DNA from: Thalia democratica
Taxonomy: Eukaryota
DNA: 64,000 bases
Direction: 5' to 3'
Assembly (NCBI GenBank): GCA_965202585.1
Contig: OZ241828.1
Coordinates: 31,248,001-31,312,000 of the forward strand
This document shows positions 1 to 12,449 of this stretch, in pieces. Position 1 is the stretch's first letter; each line of letters begins with the position of its first letter. A model generated the notes under the pieces. That model worked only from the letters and a program-made list of their open reading frames with translations, ran no database searches and had not been told where the DNA came from. The translations under genes were made by a program, and so were the position numbers.

Positions 1-479
1 AATGAAAAATTGTTTCTTTCTTTAAATTGACAATTAATTTAATCACTCAGGTTAGTTTTTTGATTCAAAAAGCGGCGACCCTGATATTAGCTAAAATTAG
101 GTGGTATTCTGGTTGCCAAAAATCATGGAAAGTTTATAAGTTGAGCAAAAAAGATATTTTAGTGTTTTTTATTGTTCTTTTAATTTGAAGTTTTTTTTAC
201 TGTTCTTTCAATTTCAAGTTTTTTTTTTTGTTCTTTCAATTTTAATAAAATTTGAATTTAAATATTGTTTGGAAAATTAGCAAACATACCAGCTACTATT
301 TTTGACTTTAACTAGTAATCTTAACTAGACTTTAGTAACATATCATAAACTTTCTTATTATTTAATTGTTTTAGCAGCACATTAATACTTTTAATCTAAA
401 TTTTTTTTAAATTATAGTTTTTCAAAATTCAAAAGTATATAGTTAGATATAACACATGAAGATAAACTTCACACAATTA

Positions 480-1230
480 TACATAGTTAGTAGTTAGTTA
501 TATAAAATTACATTATCGTACATAGTAGTTTTTATACTACTTACATTACAAATAACTTAGAGTATTAAGAATCCGTATCCGGTTTAAAATAAAATTTACA
601 AACTAATATCTTTATAAATAAAAATATTTATGTTTCAAATAAACGTAACTTAAGTAGTATAAGTAATTTATAACTTGTTCAAAGAGTACATTAAGAAATT
701 AAAACATAATAACTCACAACTCAATAAAAACTTGAAACAAACTTATTTAAATTGAAATATCCGTGTTCAATACCAAAAAAAATGTTTAGAAACTAATTTG
801 AACTCTAAAATTAGGAAAAAATAAAAGCGTTGTTAGTTTTAACTAAGTGTATTATATATAACTTAAATTAAACTATAAGAAACAAAACAAATTTAAAACA
901 TAACTAAAATTAAATTTGCAAACCGCCAGCTTTATTTAAAAATGGCTAATATTCATCTTAAAAAAATTAATTATACTACACTAAATTAAAATGAAACTAA
1001 AAATTATACTATTTGTCATTGTTGTCGATAATTTCGTTACTTTATGCTAAAGTTGAATATTAATTCGATATTCCAAAACAAATTACCAAAGACATTACTA
1101 ACCGCATTTCGGAAAATGTTATTTGCTATATATAAACTTTCTAAGTAAATCTTAACAATCGAAATTTTAAGTTTAAATTGGTGCCTAGCTGCGACTTATC
1201 ATCAACGATAATCTCACTACTGTTTAATCG
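480..1230. repeat. Diverged ~0.7-kb direct repeat, copy 1 (non-coding block downstream of homeobox units)
   Basis: Shared segments such as gccagctttatt, aatggctaatat, actacactaaatt and gacttaNcNtcaacgata recur in the same order at ~1860-2540, and related sequence occurs at ~42300-42750. Boundaries approximate. Confidence 0.6.
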
Positions 1231-1254
1231 TTGGAGTATTGGTTTAGACGTGAA

Positions 1255-1750
1255 ATGGGTACGCTGAAACGGTTGTTAAATATTAATAAAGACCTATTTA
1301 ACAAGGTTAAACAAAGCTAAACCTTATTTATCAGAAATTTTTAAATATAATTGAAACTACCGTATGTCGGTTCTGAGTCAAAACTAATTGATAAAAAGAT
1401 AGCAGACATGACAAATCAAAGCTATACGTCAGTAAATCCTAGGATTCTCCAACCATTACTCCAACAATCAGGAAAAGACCCATTGTTAATAAAAGAAAAA
1501 AATCGTGTAGTCTACAAGTTTAAATACTACTGTGAAAGTAGTACCACTGGACAAACTTCCCGTCACCAAAAAACAAGAATATAAGAGCATGTTCAAAAAT
1601 TTATTATCTCGACCATCAGTGACAAAAAAGATAAAAAACGGTAGCAGTCAAAAGTGCGATGAAAAAATCAGCTATAGCTGAACATTTAGTAAACAAAACT
1701 TGCTGTGGAAACAATTTGATTTTTCAAAATTTAGTATTACGAGATAATGT
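1255..1750 (+). mobile_element. Degraded Penelope-like retroelement fragment (GIY-YIG endonuclease region)
   Basis: Translation gives RNGYAETVV, then LKLPYVGSES...KD...VVYKFKYYCESSTTGQTSRHQKTRI*EH. This matches the Penelope pattern NGYP...LPY...KD...VVY.F.C.C...YIGQT.RHL..RI.EH. In-frame stops are present. Confidence 0.8.
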
Positions 1751-1859
1751 TCAAATACTTTTGTAAAGTTAAAAAAAAGTTTGATGTTTAAATTATTAAA
1801 ATAAAATTTTTATCAATAAACAACAACTCGTTTTGTTTTCGTTTTAGAAACATTACACA

Positions 1860-2540
1860 AATACCTTATAAAATAGTGTAATGAGAAAAATTCAATCTAT
1901 TTTTTTTATGATTATAAATGGCTTTGTTTTTAATAAACATTACTTAAGTAGTATAAGAAAATTTAAATTAAAAGAATATATATTTTTTGATATTTAAACA
2001 GAATGACTTATAACTCAATGGAAACTGGCACAAAATTTAATTTGTATTAAAATATACATAGTGTTAAACAAAATGTTAATAAACTAGTTTAAAACTAAAA
2101 ATTAAGAAAAAAACATTGAAGGCGTTATTAGTATTAATTAAGCATATTAAATATAACTCAAACTAAACAATATGAATTGAAAGGAATTTAAAACATAGCT
2201 ACAAATAAACTTCTCAACTGCCAGCTTTATTTTTGAAATGGCTAATATGCATCTAAATTTTAAAAAGTTAATAAAACTACACTAAATTGAAAAAAACTAA
2301 AATTATAATATTATACTTAATATTATTATATTTACTTATTAATATTATACTTAATGTTTTATTGATTATTAATTCATAATTAAAAAAACAGATCACCAAA
2401 GCTATTACTAACCATATTTTCGAAAATTTTATTCGTTTTATTAAACTTTTTAATTAAAACTTAAAAACCTGTGATTAAATTCAAATTGAAAAATAAGTAG
2501 CTGTGACTTACCGTCAACGATAACTCCACAATTGTTTACT
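1860..2540. repeat. Diverged ~0.7-kb direct repeat, copy 2
   Basis: Collinear similarity to ~480-1230. Boundaries approximate. Confidence 0.6.
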
Positions 2541-3259
2541 TTATCGTAAACTTTAATTTGATAGTACAAAGTTAGTACTATTCAATACATATTTACTCAA
2601 AGCAAGCTTTTATTTTGTTATACATTTTAGCCGTAGTTGCATTTTTAAATAATTATTAGTTTAAGTTTCTACTTTATGTTCAAAAAAGTAAACAAGTAAA
2701 CAAGTCAATTTTTAATATGTACATTTTTAAGAGTTAATTTTTCACGTAAAGTTAACGGAGTATATACATTTAAAACATTTCATACAAAACAGTTTTTATA
2801 TGGTATAATATGATGCGTTATTTTTAATTTGGTCTGTTTAAGTCTTAACTTATATTCAATTTATTAAAAAATATCTTTTTCATTATCTTCACATATAATT
2901 TATTTTATTTGTTTCCCTAAATAAACACTAGGTTTTTAAAAGAACGATAAATAAATACTTGTTCATATATTTGATTATATAAAAATTTCTTTTAAATTTC
3001 GAAAATTTATTAACAAAAATTATATTAACAAATGACCAATAAATATATTTTATATGTTCTTATATAATTATAATTGTAAAAGCGGGTAGCAAATTATACT
3101 TTGAACGAAACATCAGAAAAAATAAAAAATAAATTTAAGTGATAAAAAAAATTCTGTAACTTAGCTCTTAACTGTTGTCCAGGTTCGAAGATCGTAGTTA
3201 TCAGAAATCCTCCTCACTCAGAGTTATAATGGGTAGCGGAAGTAGGTGAATAGCAGCTT

Positions 3260-4510
3260 GTTGTTGCATAGCAACTTGTTGTGGACTGACATCTCGTTGT
3301 TGCATAGCAACTTGTTGTTGACTAACATCTCGTTGTTGCATAGCAACTTGTTTGTGGACTAATATCTCGTTGTTGCATAGCAACTTGTTGTGGACTGACA
3401 TCTCGTTGTTGCATAGCAACTTGTTTGTGGACTAATATCTCGTTGTTGCATAGCAACTTGCTGTGGACTAATATCTCGTTGTTGCATAGCAACTTGTTGT
3501 GGACTGACATCTCGTTGGTGCATAGCAACTTGTTGTGGACTGACATCTCGTTGCTGCATAGCAGCTTGTTTTGGTCTATCATCTCGTTGTTGCATAGTAA
3601 CTTGTTGTGGACTAACATCTCGTTGTCGAATAGCAACTCGTTGTGGACTAACATCTCGTTGTTGCAGAGCAACTTGTTGTGGACTAACATCTTGTTGTTG
3701 CATAGCAACTTGTTGTGGTCTAACATCTCGTTTTTGCATAGCAACTTGTTGTGGTCTAACATCTCGTTGTCGAATAGCAACTCGTTGTGGACTAACATCT
3801 CGTTGTTGCATAGCAACTTGTTGTGGACTGACATCTCGTTGTTGCATAGCAACTTGTTTGTGGACTAATATCTCGTTGTTGCATAGCAACTTGCTGTGGA
3901 CTAATATCTCGTTTTTGCATAGCAACTTGTTGTGGACTGACATCTCGTTGGTGCATAGCAACTTGTTGTGGACTGACATCTCGTTGCTGCATAGCAGCTT
4001 GTTATGGACTGACATCTCGTTGTTGCATAGCAACTTGTGTTGGACTGAAATCTCGTTGTTGCATAGCAACTTGTTGTAGACTAACATCTCGTTGTTGCAT
4101 AACAACTTGTTGTGCACTGACATCTCGTTGTTGCATAGCAACTTGTTGTGGTCTAACATCTCGTTGTTGCATAGCAACTTGTTGTAAACTAACATCTCGT
4201 TGTTGCATAGCAACTTGTTGTGGACTTACATATCGTTGTTGCAAAGCAACTTGTTGTGGACTGACATCTCGTTGCTGCATAGCAACTTATGGTGGACTGA
4301 CATCTTATTGTTGCATAGCAATTTGTTGTGGACTAACATCCCGTTGTTGCATAGCAACTTGTTATGGACTAACAACTCGTTGTTGCATAGCAGTTTGTTA
4401 CGATCTAACATCTTGTTGTTGCATAGCAACTTGTTGTGGTCTAACATCTAGTTGTTGCATAGCAACTTGTTGTGGTCTAACATCTCGTTGTTGCATAGCA
4501 GCTTGTTGTG
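3260..4510 (-). repeat. Coding-derived minisatellite, 36-bp unit, about 35 copies (MQQRDVSPQQVA)
   Basis: Unit ATGCAACAACGAGATGTTAGTCCACAACAAGTTGCT on the minus strand; several 37-bp variants shift the frame. It explains the overlapping ORFs at 3201-4451. Confidence 0.95.
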
Positions 4511-4585
4511 ATCCAGCAGCTTGTTCTTTCTTATGAGCTTGTATTTGCTTAGTAAGATGTTGCAGATTGAACTCTTGCTGTGTTT

Positions 4586-5647
4586 CAGGGGCGTGTTTTG
4601 TCTGGTTTCCTGTTTCTTTTGAACCCTATGAAAAAAAAAGAAAAGAAAAAAGAAAAAAAAAATCTTAGAATATCACTAAAAACGTTGTTTATTGACTTTG
4701 TTTTGGTTATTTGATAAACTTTGAATAATGAATGTTGAATTTATAACACTGAAAGATAAAAAAGTTTCCTTAACTTAAAATGCTCCTTTTTACCCAGCTG
4801 AAATAGATTTTAAAAAAAATAATTGTGACGTCATAAAAGGTAGAGTTTTAAAGTAGCAATTTTTTTTCTAGAAACTTTTTACTAAGATGCTTTTAACATT
4901 TTTTGGTAATTACCTAGGATGATGTCGCACTAATATCAAGCTGAAATTATATTGTGTTTAATATCTTTTTGAACAATAATTGTAAGCTTAAAATCAATAT
5001 GATTGATCTAAAACTATTCTTCGTTTTAAACAAGCTACATAAATACATAGTAAGAACTAAATTAATTTCTTAAAAACTAAAATAGTTAATTGATTTTATG
5101 TTACAATATAGGAATGTATGCAAGTTATTGTATCATTTGCTTTATTTTAAAAATAAAAGAAACTAAATATATAAGTTTTATTGGTTTATGATAAATAAGT
5201 TTTATTTATGTATTAATAAAATATATTTTTTAAGCCTATAATTATGATAAAAAACAACATTTAATTTAATATAATTTTTAGTTTGATATTGGTGCGACAT
5301 CGTCCGAAATAATTAACCTTTTTCTTTGTGAAGTTTCTTTTTTTTTAGATTAAAATAATTAAAAAAATGCTTTTGTTATAAATATAATCTTTTCCGCCTC
5401 TTTTAGTTTAATTTATCTGAATTTAATACAGTATAATAAATAAAAATATTTAATACTTTTCCATTACTACTTATATGTTTTTTTTTCAATGTAGAAAAAT
5501 AATTTTAAACACAGAGTTTTTCGGCTAAATATTGCGTACTTAACTGGTAGTGCATAATGCATACTTAAGAATTGCGTATTTAAGCGGGAAATTGAGAACA
5601 AAAAAAAATGTGAACCCCCTTTGAAAAAAAGTCTAGACACGCCCCTG
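4586..5647. mobile_element. Non-autonomous hAT-type DNA transposon, 1062 bp, inserted in exon 4 of unit A
   Basis: TIR CAGGGGCGTGT at both ends. 8-bp TSD CTGTGTTT at 4578-4585 and 5648-5655. Removing the element and one TSD restores the frame LTKTQ-QEFNLQH. No long internal ORF. Confidence 0.9.
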
Positions 5648-5751
5648 CTGTGTTTTCGTCAACTGTGGTTGCCTAGAAGTTTGTTGTTCTCCAGTAACTT
5701 GTTGTTGTCTAAGAATTTGAGGTTGTGTAGAAAGTTGAGGTTTCGCAGAAG

Positions 5752-6325
5752 TTTGTATTTGCACACTAGTATTTGGAGGTTTTTGTATTTGCACACTAGT
5801 ATTTGGAGGTTTTTGTAATTGCACGCTAGTATTTGGATTTTTTTGTATTTGAACACTAGTATTTGGAGGTTTTTGCATTTGCACGCTAGTATTTGGAGGT
5901 TTTTTGTATTTGCACGCTAGTATTTGGAGGTTTTTGTATTTGCACGCTAGTATTTGGAGGTTTTTGTATTTGGACTCTAGTGTTTGGAGGTTTTCGTATT
6001 TGTACACTAGTATTTAGAGGTATTTGTATTTGCACTCTAGTGTTTGGAGGTTTTTGCATTTGCACGCTAGTATTTGGAGGTTTTTTGTATTTGCACACTA
6101 GTATTTGGAGGTTTTTGTATTTGCACTCTAGTGTTTGGAGGTTTTCGTATTTGTACACTAGTATTTAGAGGTATTTGTATTTGCACTCTAGTGTTTGGAG
6201 GTTTTTGCATTTGCACGCTAGTATTTGGAGGTTTTTGTATTTGCACTAGAGTGTTTGGAGGTTTTCGTATTTGTACACTAGTATTTGGAGGTTTTTTGTA
6301 TTTGCACACTAGTCTTGAAGGTTTT
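5752..6325 (-). repeat. Coding-derived minisatellite, 30-bp unit, about 19 copies (QKPPNTSVQI)
   Basis: Unit CAAAAACCTCCAAATACTAGTGTGCAAATA on the minus strand; 31-bp variants near 5900 and 6081. Confidence 0.95.
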
Positions 6326-6582
6326 TGTAGCTTTCGAGCTTTTCCTTCCTTTATTATTTGGTAATGAAACCAGTTCTAAAGTAATAATTAAAAGTTTTAG
6401 CAACTACTGTTAAATTAATCTAATATAAAAATCAAGACCTACAGTATTTTTTATAAAACATTAACTCAATAGTTAAGGTGTTTGTTTTTTTTTTTAATAA
6501 CAGCTGTACACAGTCGTGGAAGTTTTTAAAAGTTTTAAAGTAACTAGTATACAAACTTATTATCAATATTGAATTATTTAAC

Positions 6583-6812
6583 CATAACACGATAGTTTTT
6601 CACACGAATTCGTTTTACCATACGCCTTATATCATCGACACTCGGATTCTGATTTTTCAAGAACTCTCGTTCCAGAAATTCTCTCTGGAAATTATCAAAA
6701 CGCTCGTACGGCGCATACCTTTCAGTGACGGATTGATTTGTTAAGGACCCCCTAATGTTATTGGGCGACGCTGTAGTTAAGAAAATTAATTTATCATTCC
6801 TTATCATAACTC
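6583..6812 (-). CDS. Unit A homeobox exon (homeodomain helices 1-2 to residue 46)
   Basis: Acceptor TTTTAACAG, donor GTTAAA. RFDNFQREFLEREFLKNQNPSVDDIRRMVKRIRVKNYRVM has F8, Q12, L16, E17, F20, P26, V45 and joins in phase 0 to NWFHY at 6375. Confidence 0.8.
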
Positions 6813-8689
6813 CTGTTAAAAGGTTGTTAAAATCACATCTTACTAAGTAAATTAGTTAAATTGGTTTTTATAAATAGTTAATAACTATGTCAAAAATAAG
6901 TGCACTGTGGAAGTTATAAAGCTTAAGTATAAGTGATGTCAAAAACTAAAATTTTATTTAGAATACAAAAATATGTAAAATATGTTATTAACATCTTTAT
7001 CAATTTTGAAAATAGTTATTTCAACTACTGGTTTTTCTAGTATTATAATTCTAACAAACCCTATATAAACGTGTTGACTGGATTACAAAGTTTCGGAAGA
7101 AGAGAATGGTTGGGAATTATATTTACACGTTGGTGTCCAACATAGTCGGGTGAAGGTAAACCCTTCGATGATTAACCGTTTAGGTGACTGCTGTTGCTAG
7201 GAAACTGTTGCCAGATGCTGGAACTAAAGGAGCCTGCAAAAAGTTGGAAGAGGTTGTTGGGGGCATTTGATTGAGCTCTCTGTTTGGATTCTGTCGAAAT
7301 TTGTATTTCAAAGCTAGAGATAAATTGTTAATAAATTTAGAAACTATATAAAATTAATAGTGTATTTGAATAGCATACTTTTACAGAACAGTATTAAATT
7401 TTAAAATGATTGTTATGCTTAAACAAAAAAAATAAATTAATCAAAAGTTGACCTGTTTGGTAGTAAAAGCTTTAGCACGTCCAACTCTTGCAGTAGGAAA
7501 GTTACTTTGGTGTTGGGGACCACCCGGAAAGCCAGGACTTCTTCTAAAGAAAAGGAGGAGAAAGGGAGAGCTTCCCTGAAAAAATCTTTGATTTGGGGGA
7601 TTTTCTTGAAGTAACATTCTTGGAAAGGAGTTTTCCTGAAGTGGAAGTTTTGTACTCAAGAATCTTCCTTGTTGTGAAAATGTTTGATTTGTCGAGATGT
7701 AGTTACAATTGCATCTGTATAGAGGGCACGAAATACAATCCGTTTGGTCCATTTTTTTCAATTTTGTTCTGCTTTTTTAGAGGTTATTTACAACACCTGT
7801 AGTTAATAATAAACACTTATAAAAGAAGATCATTAGTTAATAAAAAAACCTTTAAAATAAGAATGCTATCTAGATTTTAACTGTACCATTAATAATTCAT
7901 AAGTATAGCTCAGTTTGAACGTCTAAGAAAGTTTTACATTTTCAAAAATACCTATTTCTGACTTTAACCTTAATTAAGCAAATAGTTTGCTTCATATACA
8001 TTAGTAAACAAAGTGTTTACCATATAAACAGCTTAGTGTATGCTAGAATTGCTGATTGCTTACAATTTCCCCTAAACAAAAAAGGTTTAAGTTTTGTTAT
8101 TATCGAGGTATACTTAATTAGTAGTATTTTAATATTGTTTTTTAAAATTGTTATAAAAAATAAAATTTTTCTAGTATTACTTATAACTATCTTTTAAAAA
8201 AGTATTTATAGCATGTGTTTTACTATAGCTTATTACTTTCTATATAATTCTTCATTTGTCCTTTAACGTATTTTTTAGTAAATGTATTACTTAATAGTTT
8301 TACTACTGTCGAAACTTTGAATTTAAAAATATATTAAAGTTTTCAAAGAATTCTATTTCGTTTACGTAAATATATATATATTTTTCAGTAAAATCATTTC
8401 TTTTTTAAAGTTGTACTAGTGATTTGTTTTGTTATACAAAAATTAATTTTATCTAACCAAAAACTAAATTTATTTTATAATATTTATTGGCCATTTTTAT
8501 TTAGTTTTCTTTATCTAGTATATAAGTCAAGATATATTTTAAACTAAATAAAAATAGCTTTTTTATAATACAAACACCTTATGGAACTTACGATGAATTA
8601 AAATATTTAGACACTTTGCTAAAGTAATATATTTTATCAAAAAAAAAAAAAAATCACTACAACGTAAAAAGGTTTATTCCCAAATCTTC

Positions 8690-8792
8690 AATTTTAAAAA
8701 GCGTTTAATCATTCGTGTAATAATTTGAACTTGGCTACTTATTAACGCGTAGGTCAGGATTCGGCAAACTGCTGGCTTTGATATGCTTATAC
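8690..8792. promoter_or_regulatory. Conserved upstream block of unit A (putative promoter or 5' non-coding exon)
   Basis: The block aatcattcgtgtaataattt...ggcaaactgctggctttgatat recurs upstream of units B, C and F. Function is inferred only from conservation and position. Confidence 0.4.
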
Positions 8793-11700
8793 CAGGGGCG
8801 TCGCGTGGGGTGGCACACTGGAGCTGCAGTCCCACCTTTAAAAAAAGAAAAAGAAGAAAAAAGAAAATTTCCCTTTATTCAGTTTTCCTGCTTTTTTTCC
8901 ATTGAACTTAACGATAAATTTGTTAGTTTTTCAAATTTTACATTCAGTTTTCAAATATTCGTTAAATGGCTGGCGCTGCAAGCTAAAACTGTGTGTGCTG
9001 CATTTTAAACATATACAAATTTCCTATACAAAAAGTTGTTGAAAAGATTATTTTTAGAGCTGCATTCAATGCAGCGCTGTGTGAATTAAACTGAATATAA
9101 AGAATATAGTGAATATGAATACACTGTTAACTAGTTTTTGAACATTATACATTGAAACAACTACTAGATGTAAACAACTTGAATACAGTGAAAGTAAAGT
9201 TTAGTTTTTGAGGTGAAAGTTGCAAGATCAAAACCCAGTGGTCAACACATATATACAAAAAAAAACTATAATAAGCCAAAAGTTCTAACAAGTTAATAAA
9301 GGACATTATTCTAATAAAAAATTCAAAACTCAATAAATTTATGTGTGTTTTATTGATAATTCTTTAAAAAATGGTCATTAATTGTTTTTTTTTTCATATA
9401 TCATATTTTTTTATTCCAGATTACCTTTAAGTAAAAGAAAAAAAAAGGCTACCTATCTTATTTAGATAAGATAATTGAATTTCTTTTAAATATAAGTAAT
9501 TTATATTTTTGATAACTTTTAGTATTAAAATAAGCAATATGTAGCTAAAAAGTTACATGCAAGTTTTAAATGTAACTGCCTTATATTGATAATAAAATTT
9601 GCATAAAAAATAAAAGTTTTCAAGTTGAAATCTTCAACCTAAAGTTTTCTCAACTTAATGTAAAAATATTTAGAACAAGAATATGATGAAAGATATAAAA
9701 AAAATATTTCAAACTAAAAAATTTAAAAAATCTTAATTATTTTGCTAAAAATCTTGGTTAACAATTACTTAAAATAAAGGAAAAGGTAAGATATAGTGAA
9801 ACTTTTTTTTTTCTGTAAAATTCCTCACATAAAGAACCTGTTGTTGCCTTAGTTTTATTTTAAGCATTTATTTGATTCTGATCAAAAAAAAATTAAAAGA
9901 ACTCTGAAATCACTCCATGATTTCTGTATGGTTTGGCATGAAATTTAAATTAATGTTAAAGCATTTATAAAATAAGTTTATACAGCTTGAGCTTATTTTG
10001 TAGACTTCTAAGAAAACTATAGATTGTTTTGAATTGCTCTTTAAATTGATTTTTGACAAATAGCTAATTAAAGTTGGAGAGCACTAAAATTTTATAATAA
10101 GAGGGAAGTATCACTTAACAAAATCAAACTATATTTTTATCTCCAATTTTTATTATAAGCAAATACATTAAAGTTTTTAGATAAACTTACTTACACAACA
10201 AAAGACAATTCTTATAAATAAAATTATATTAACCTGTATTAAAACTTACAAGTTTTATCTATTTATTTTAAATGAAAAAGTTATTTAAGGAATAAAGTAT
10301 ATAGAAAGTTTGTTAAGGACATAGGGGGTCTATCATTTTTTTATAACAAAAATTAACATTCGAAATTATATGAAAGCGTTACTTATATATTACAAGATAC
10401 TTTTCACATTGAAAAAAAAATCAGCTGTGAAATATCAATACCGTGTAAAAATTTTCACAAATAGTTCAACATAATGAATTTTTTAGGTTGTTTTAAAAAA
10501 TAACAACATGCAAACTACAAATTATAGTGAATGGACTGTGGATCAGCTTAAACGCCTTGATATAAATGCTTTGTATGAAGTTAAAAAGCCAAAGTTAAAA
10601 AAACAGTAGATCAATACCAGATATTTCTAATACCCAAGAGTGTACATCAAGAGGTTTGAAGTTTATTATATGACTAAGCTGTAAGTTTGAACTATATGAA
10701 AAAAGTTAATTATATTTAAATATGTGTTTGTTACTTTGAAAAGAAATTACATCATGAGGAAAAAGTTATTATGTTTACAAAGATTTTTGCAGTTTTAACT
10801 AAAATATTAGCTTTATAACTTAAAGTCTTTAGAGCTAAGGTATTTTTGAAACATTGTTTTATCCTATAATATTTTTTAGCTGAGATTTTAGCAAAGGAGA
10901 AATTTTTCAAGCTTTTTTATATATTTACTTTTCAGGTATTTATAGTGTTATCAACATCAGTTTTTGTAACAACTATAGCACTCAAATAATGAGAATGAAG
11001 AGTTTTTTTTATTAATAGAGTGTGTAAATTTTTTTTTTTTCTAAAAAAAGATAGAGTTTTGTTTTGTGTTTTTTATTAATATTTGTTGTTGTTAAGTATT
11101 AAAGTTTATATGTTACTTTAAAACTTTTAATTTTTATAGTTTGCAAATAGTAAACAACTAAAAATATTTTAATTTATTTTTAATTCTCTGTAGTGAATGC
11201 TACTTTTGAATAAACTTTTTATTTTATTTTTTTCAGATACATTATATGTTTTTAGTTAGTATTTCATTAATTAGATGCTAATGTAAATAGATTATTTTAC
11301 AAATTTTAGTTTTGTTAGTCAACAAATTAAAAACTATCACATAGATTTTGCTTTATTTGTTTATGTTGTATATTTAAACTAATTCTGAATCAACTTCAAT
11401 TATGTTTTTCTTAAAAGTTATTTGTTTTATATAAATATTTTTTGATAGTAGATATAAATGTTTAAAGGTTATTTTACAACTTGTTGTTATTTAATCTGCA
11501 AACAAAGACCTTTTAAAAAAAATTGCTTTATTTGTTTATTATCTATATTGAAAGCTAATTCTGACTAAATTTTGCTTTTTACTTTTTTATAAGTGATTTT
11601 TAATTATATATGTTTTAAAACGTAAGTAGAATTTTATTTAATTTTTTTAGTGTGTAAAACTAATTTAAAAATGATTTAATTTTTTTTACTGCTGTAAAAT

Positions 11701-12449
11701 TTATAATTTTTTCTAGACCTTTGCATTGTAAAAGTTTTTAAAGGAAATTCCTTCTAGTGTGATTTTTTTCAATTATAATGTTATTTTTTACTAGTGAAAA
11801 ATAAGTAAGTAACTCAAAAGAAACAAAGTTACTGTTTAAAGCAATTTGTTTTTAGTTGCTTTAAGAGTTTCTTTAGTTTTTGAGTTAACTTTATAATCTA
11901 CAAAAAAGATATAAATGATATTTTTTGATCCTTAACTTTATTTTGCTCAACATATTTTCTTTTTTTTTTTGTTTGTAAAACTATTCATGCTCAAATAGTT
12001 AAATACGTAGATTTTAAATCTTTTTAATAGTTGTATTGTAAGAAGTTATTAAAAAATGAAAAATAATTATTTTTTAATCTTCGAAAAAAAAACTTATTTT
12101 GCACTTATATATTAGTTATGACAATACATACAAACATTTTATCAATGTATGATATATTGTAAATTAATGTACTGCATTATGATAAATATTTTAAGCAACA
12201 TAGTAATGTATTTCCTTCATAAAATACTTTAAAACAAATTTCTCGTATGTTTGAAAATAAGTATAAAATATATTTTTAATGTATGTTTTTTTTTATTCAT
12301 AACAAGAAGCATTTAAGCTAATATCTTAAACACTTTTAGCTTAAAAATTTCCCTTGAGTTTTATTTTAATGTTTCTAATTGGGGGATTTTTTTAAGTTGA
12401 CAACTCAATCTGCAGCACCCCCTAACAAAAATACCACGCGACGCCACTG
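8793..12449 (+). mobile_element. Non-autonomous hAT-type DNA transposon, 3657 bp, copy 1
   Basis: TIRs CAGGGGCGTCGCGTGG / CCACGCGACGCCACTG. 8-bp TSD GCTTATAC at 8785-8792 and 12450-12457. The empty paralogous site is visible at ~18740-18800. Strand is assigned arbitrarily, to contrast with copy 2. Confidence 0.95.

Larger units (their letters stand above)
3201..7796 (-). pseudogene. Unit A: divergent PRD-like homeobox gene, disrupted
   Basis: Exon 1 coding 7752-7453 (MDQTDCISCPLYRCNC..., donor GTCAAC). Exon 2 from 7290 has a 1-nt deletion and a stop relative to paralogs. Homeobox exon 6812-6583. Exon 4 from 6375 (NWFHYQ) is interrupted by repeat frameshifts, a 1062-bp transposon and a TAA near 4398, and ends PLPIITLSEEDF* at 3201. 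Confidence 0.8.

Noticed and set aside
3260-4510. Regular ~36-bp periodicity with an internal palindrome (GTTGC-ATA-GCAAC), superficially CRISPR-like
   Set aside because: Units are contiguous with no unique spacers and no cas genes, in a eukaryotic exon; it is a coding minisatellite.
4826-4833. TGACGTCA (CRE-like) octamers here and near 32803
   Set aside because: Isolated 8-mers with no supporting context or conservation across units.
3322-6364. Multiple overlapping repeat ORFs (LLCNNEM, WTNISLL, GGFCICT frames)
   Set aside because: Alternative frames or strands of the two minisatellites, open only because the units lack stops.
8778-9333. ORFs duplicated at 46119-46716
   Set aside because: Passive frames in the termini of the two 3657-bp transposon copies; no domain signal.
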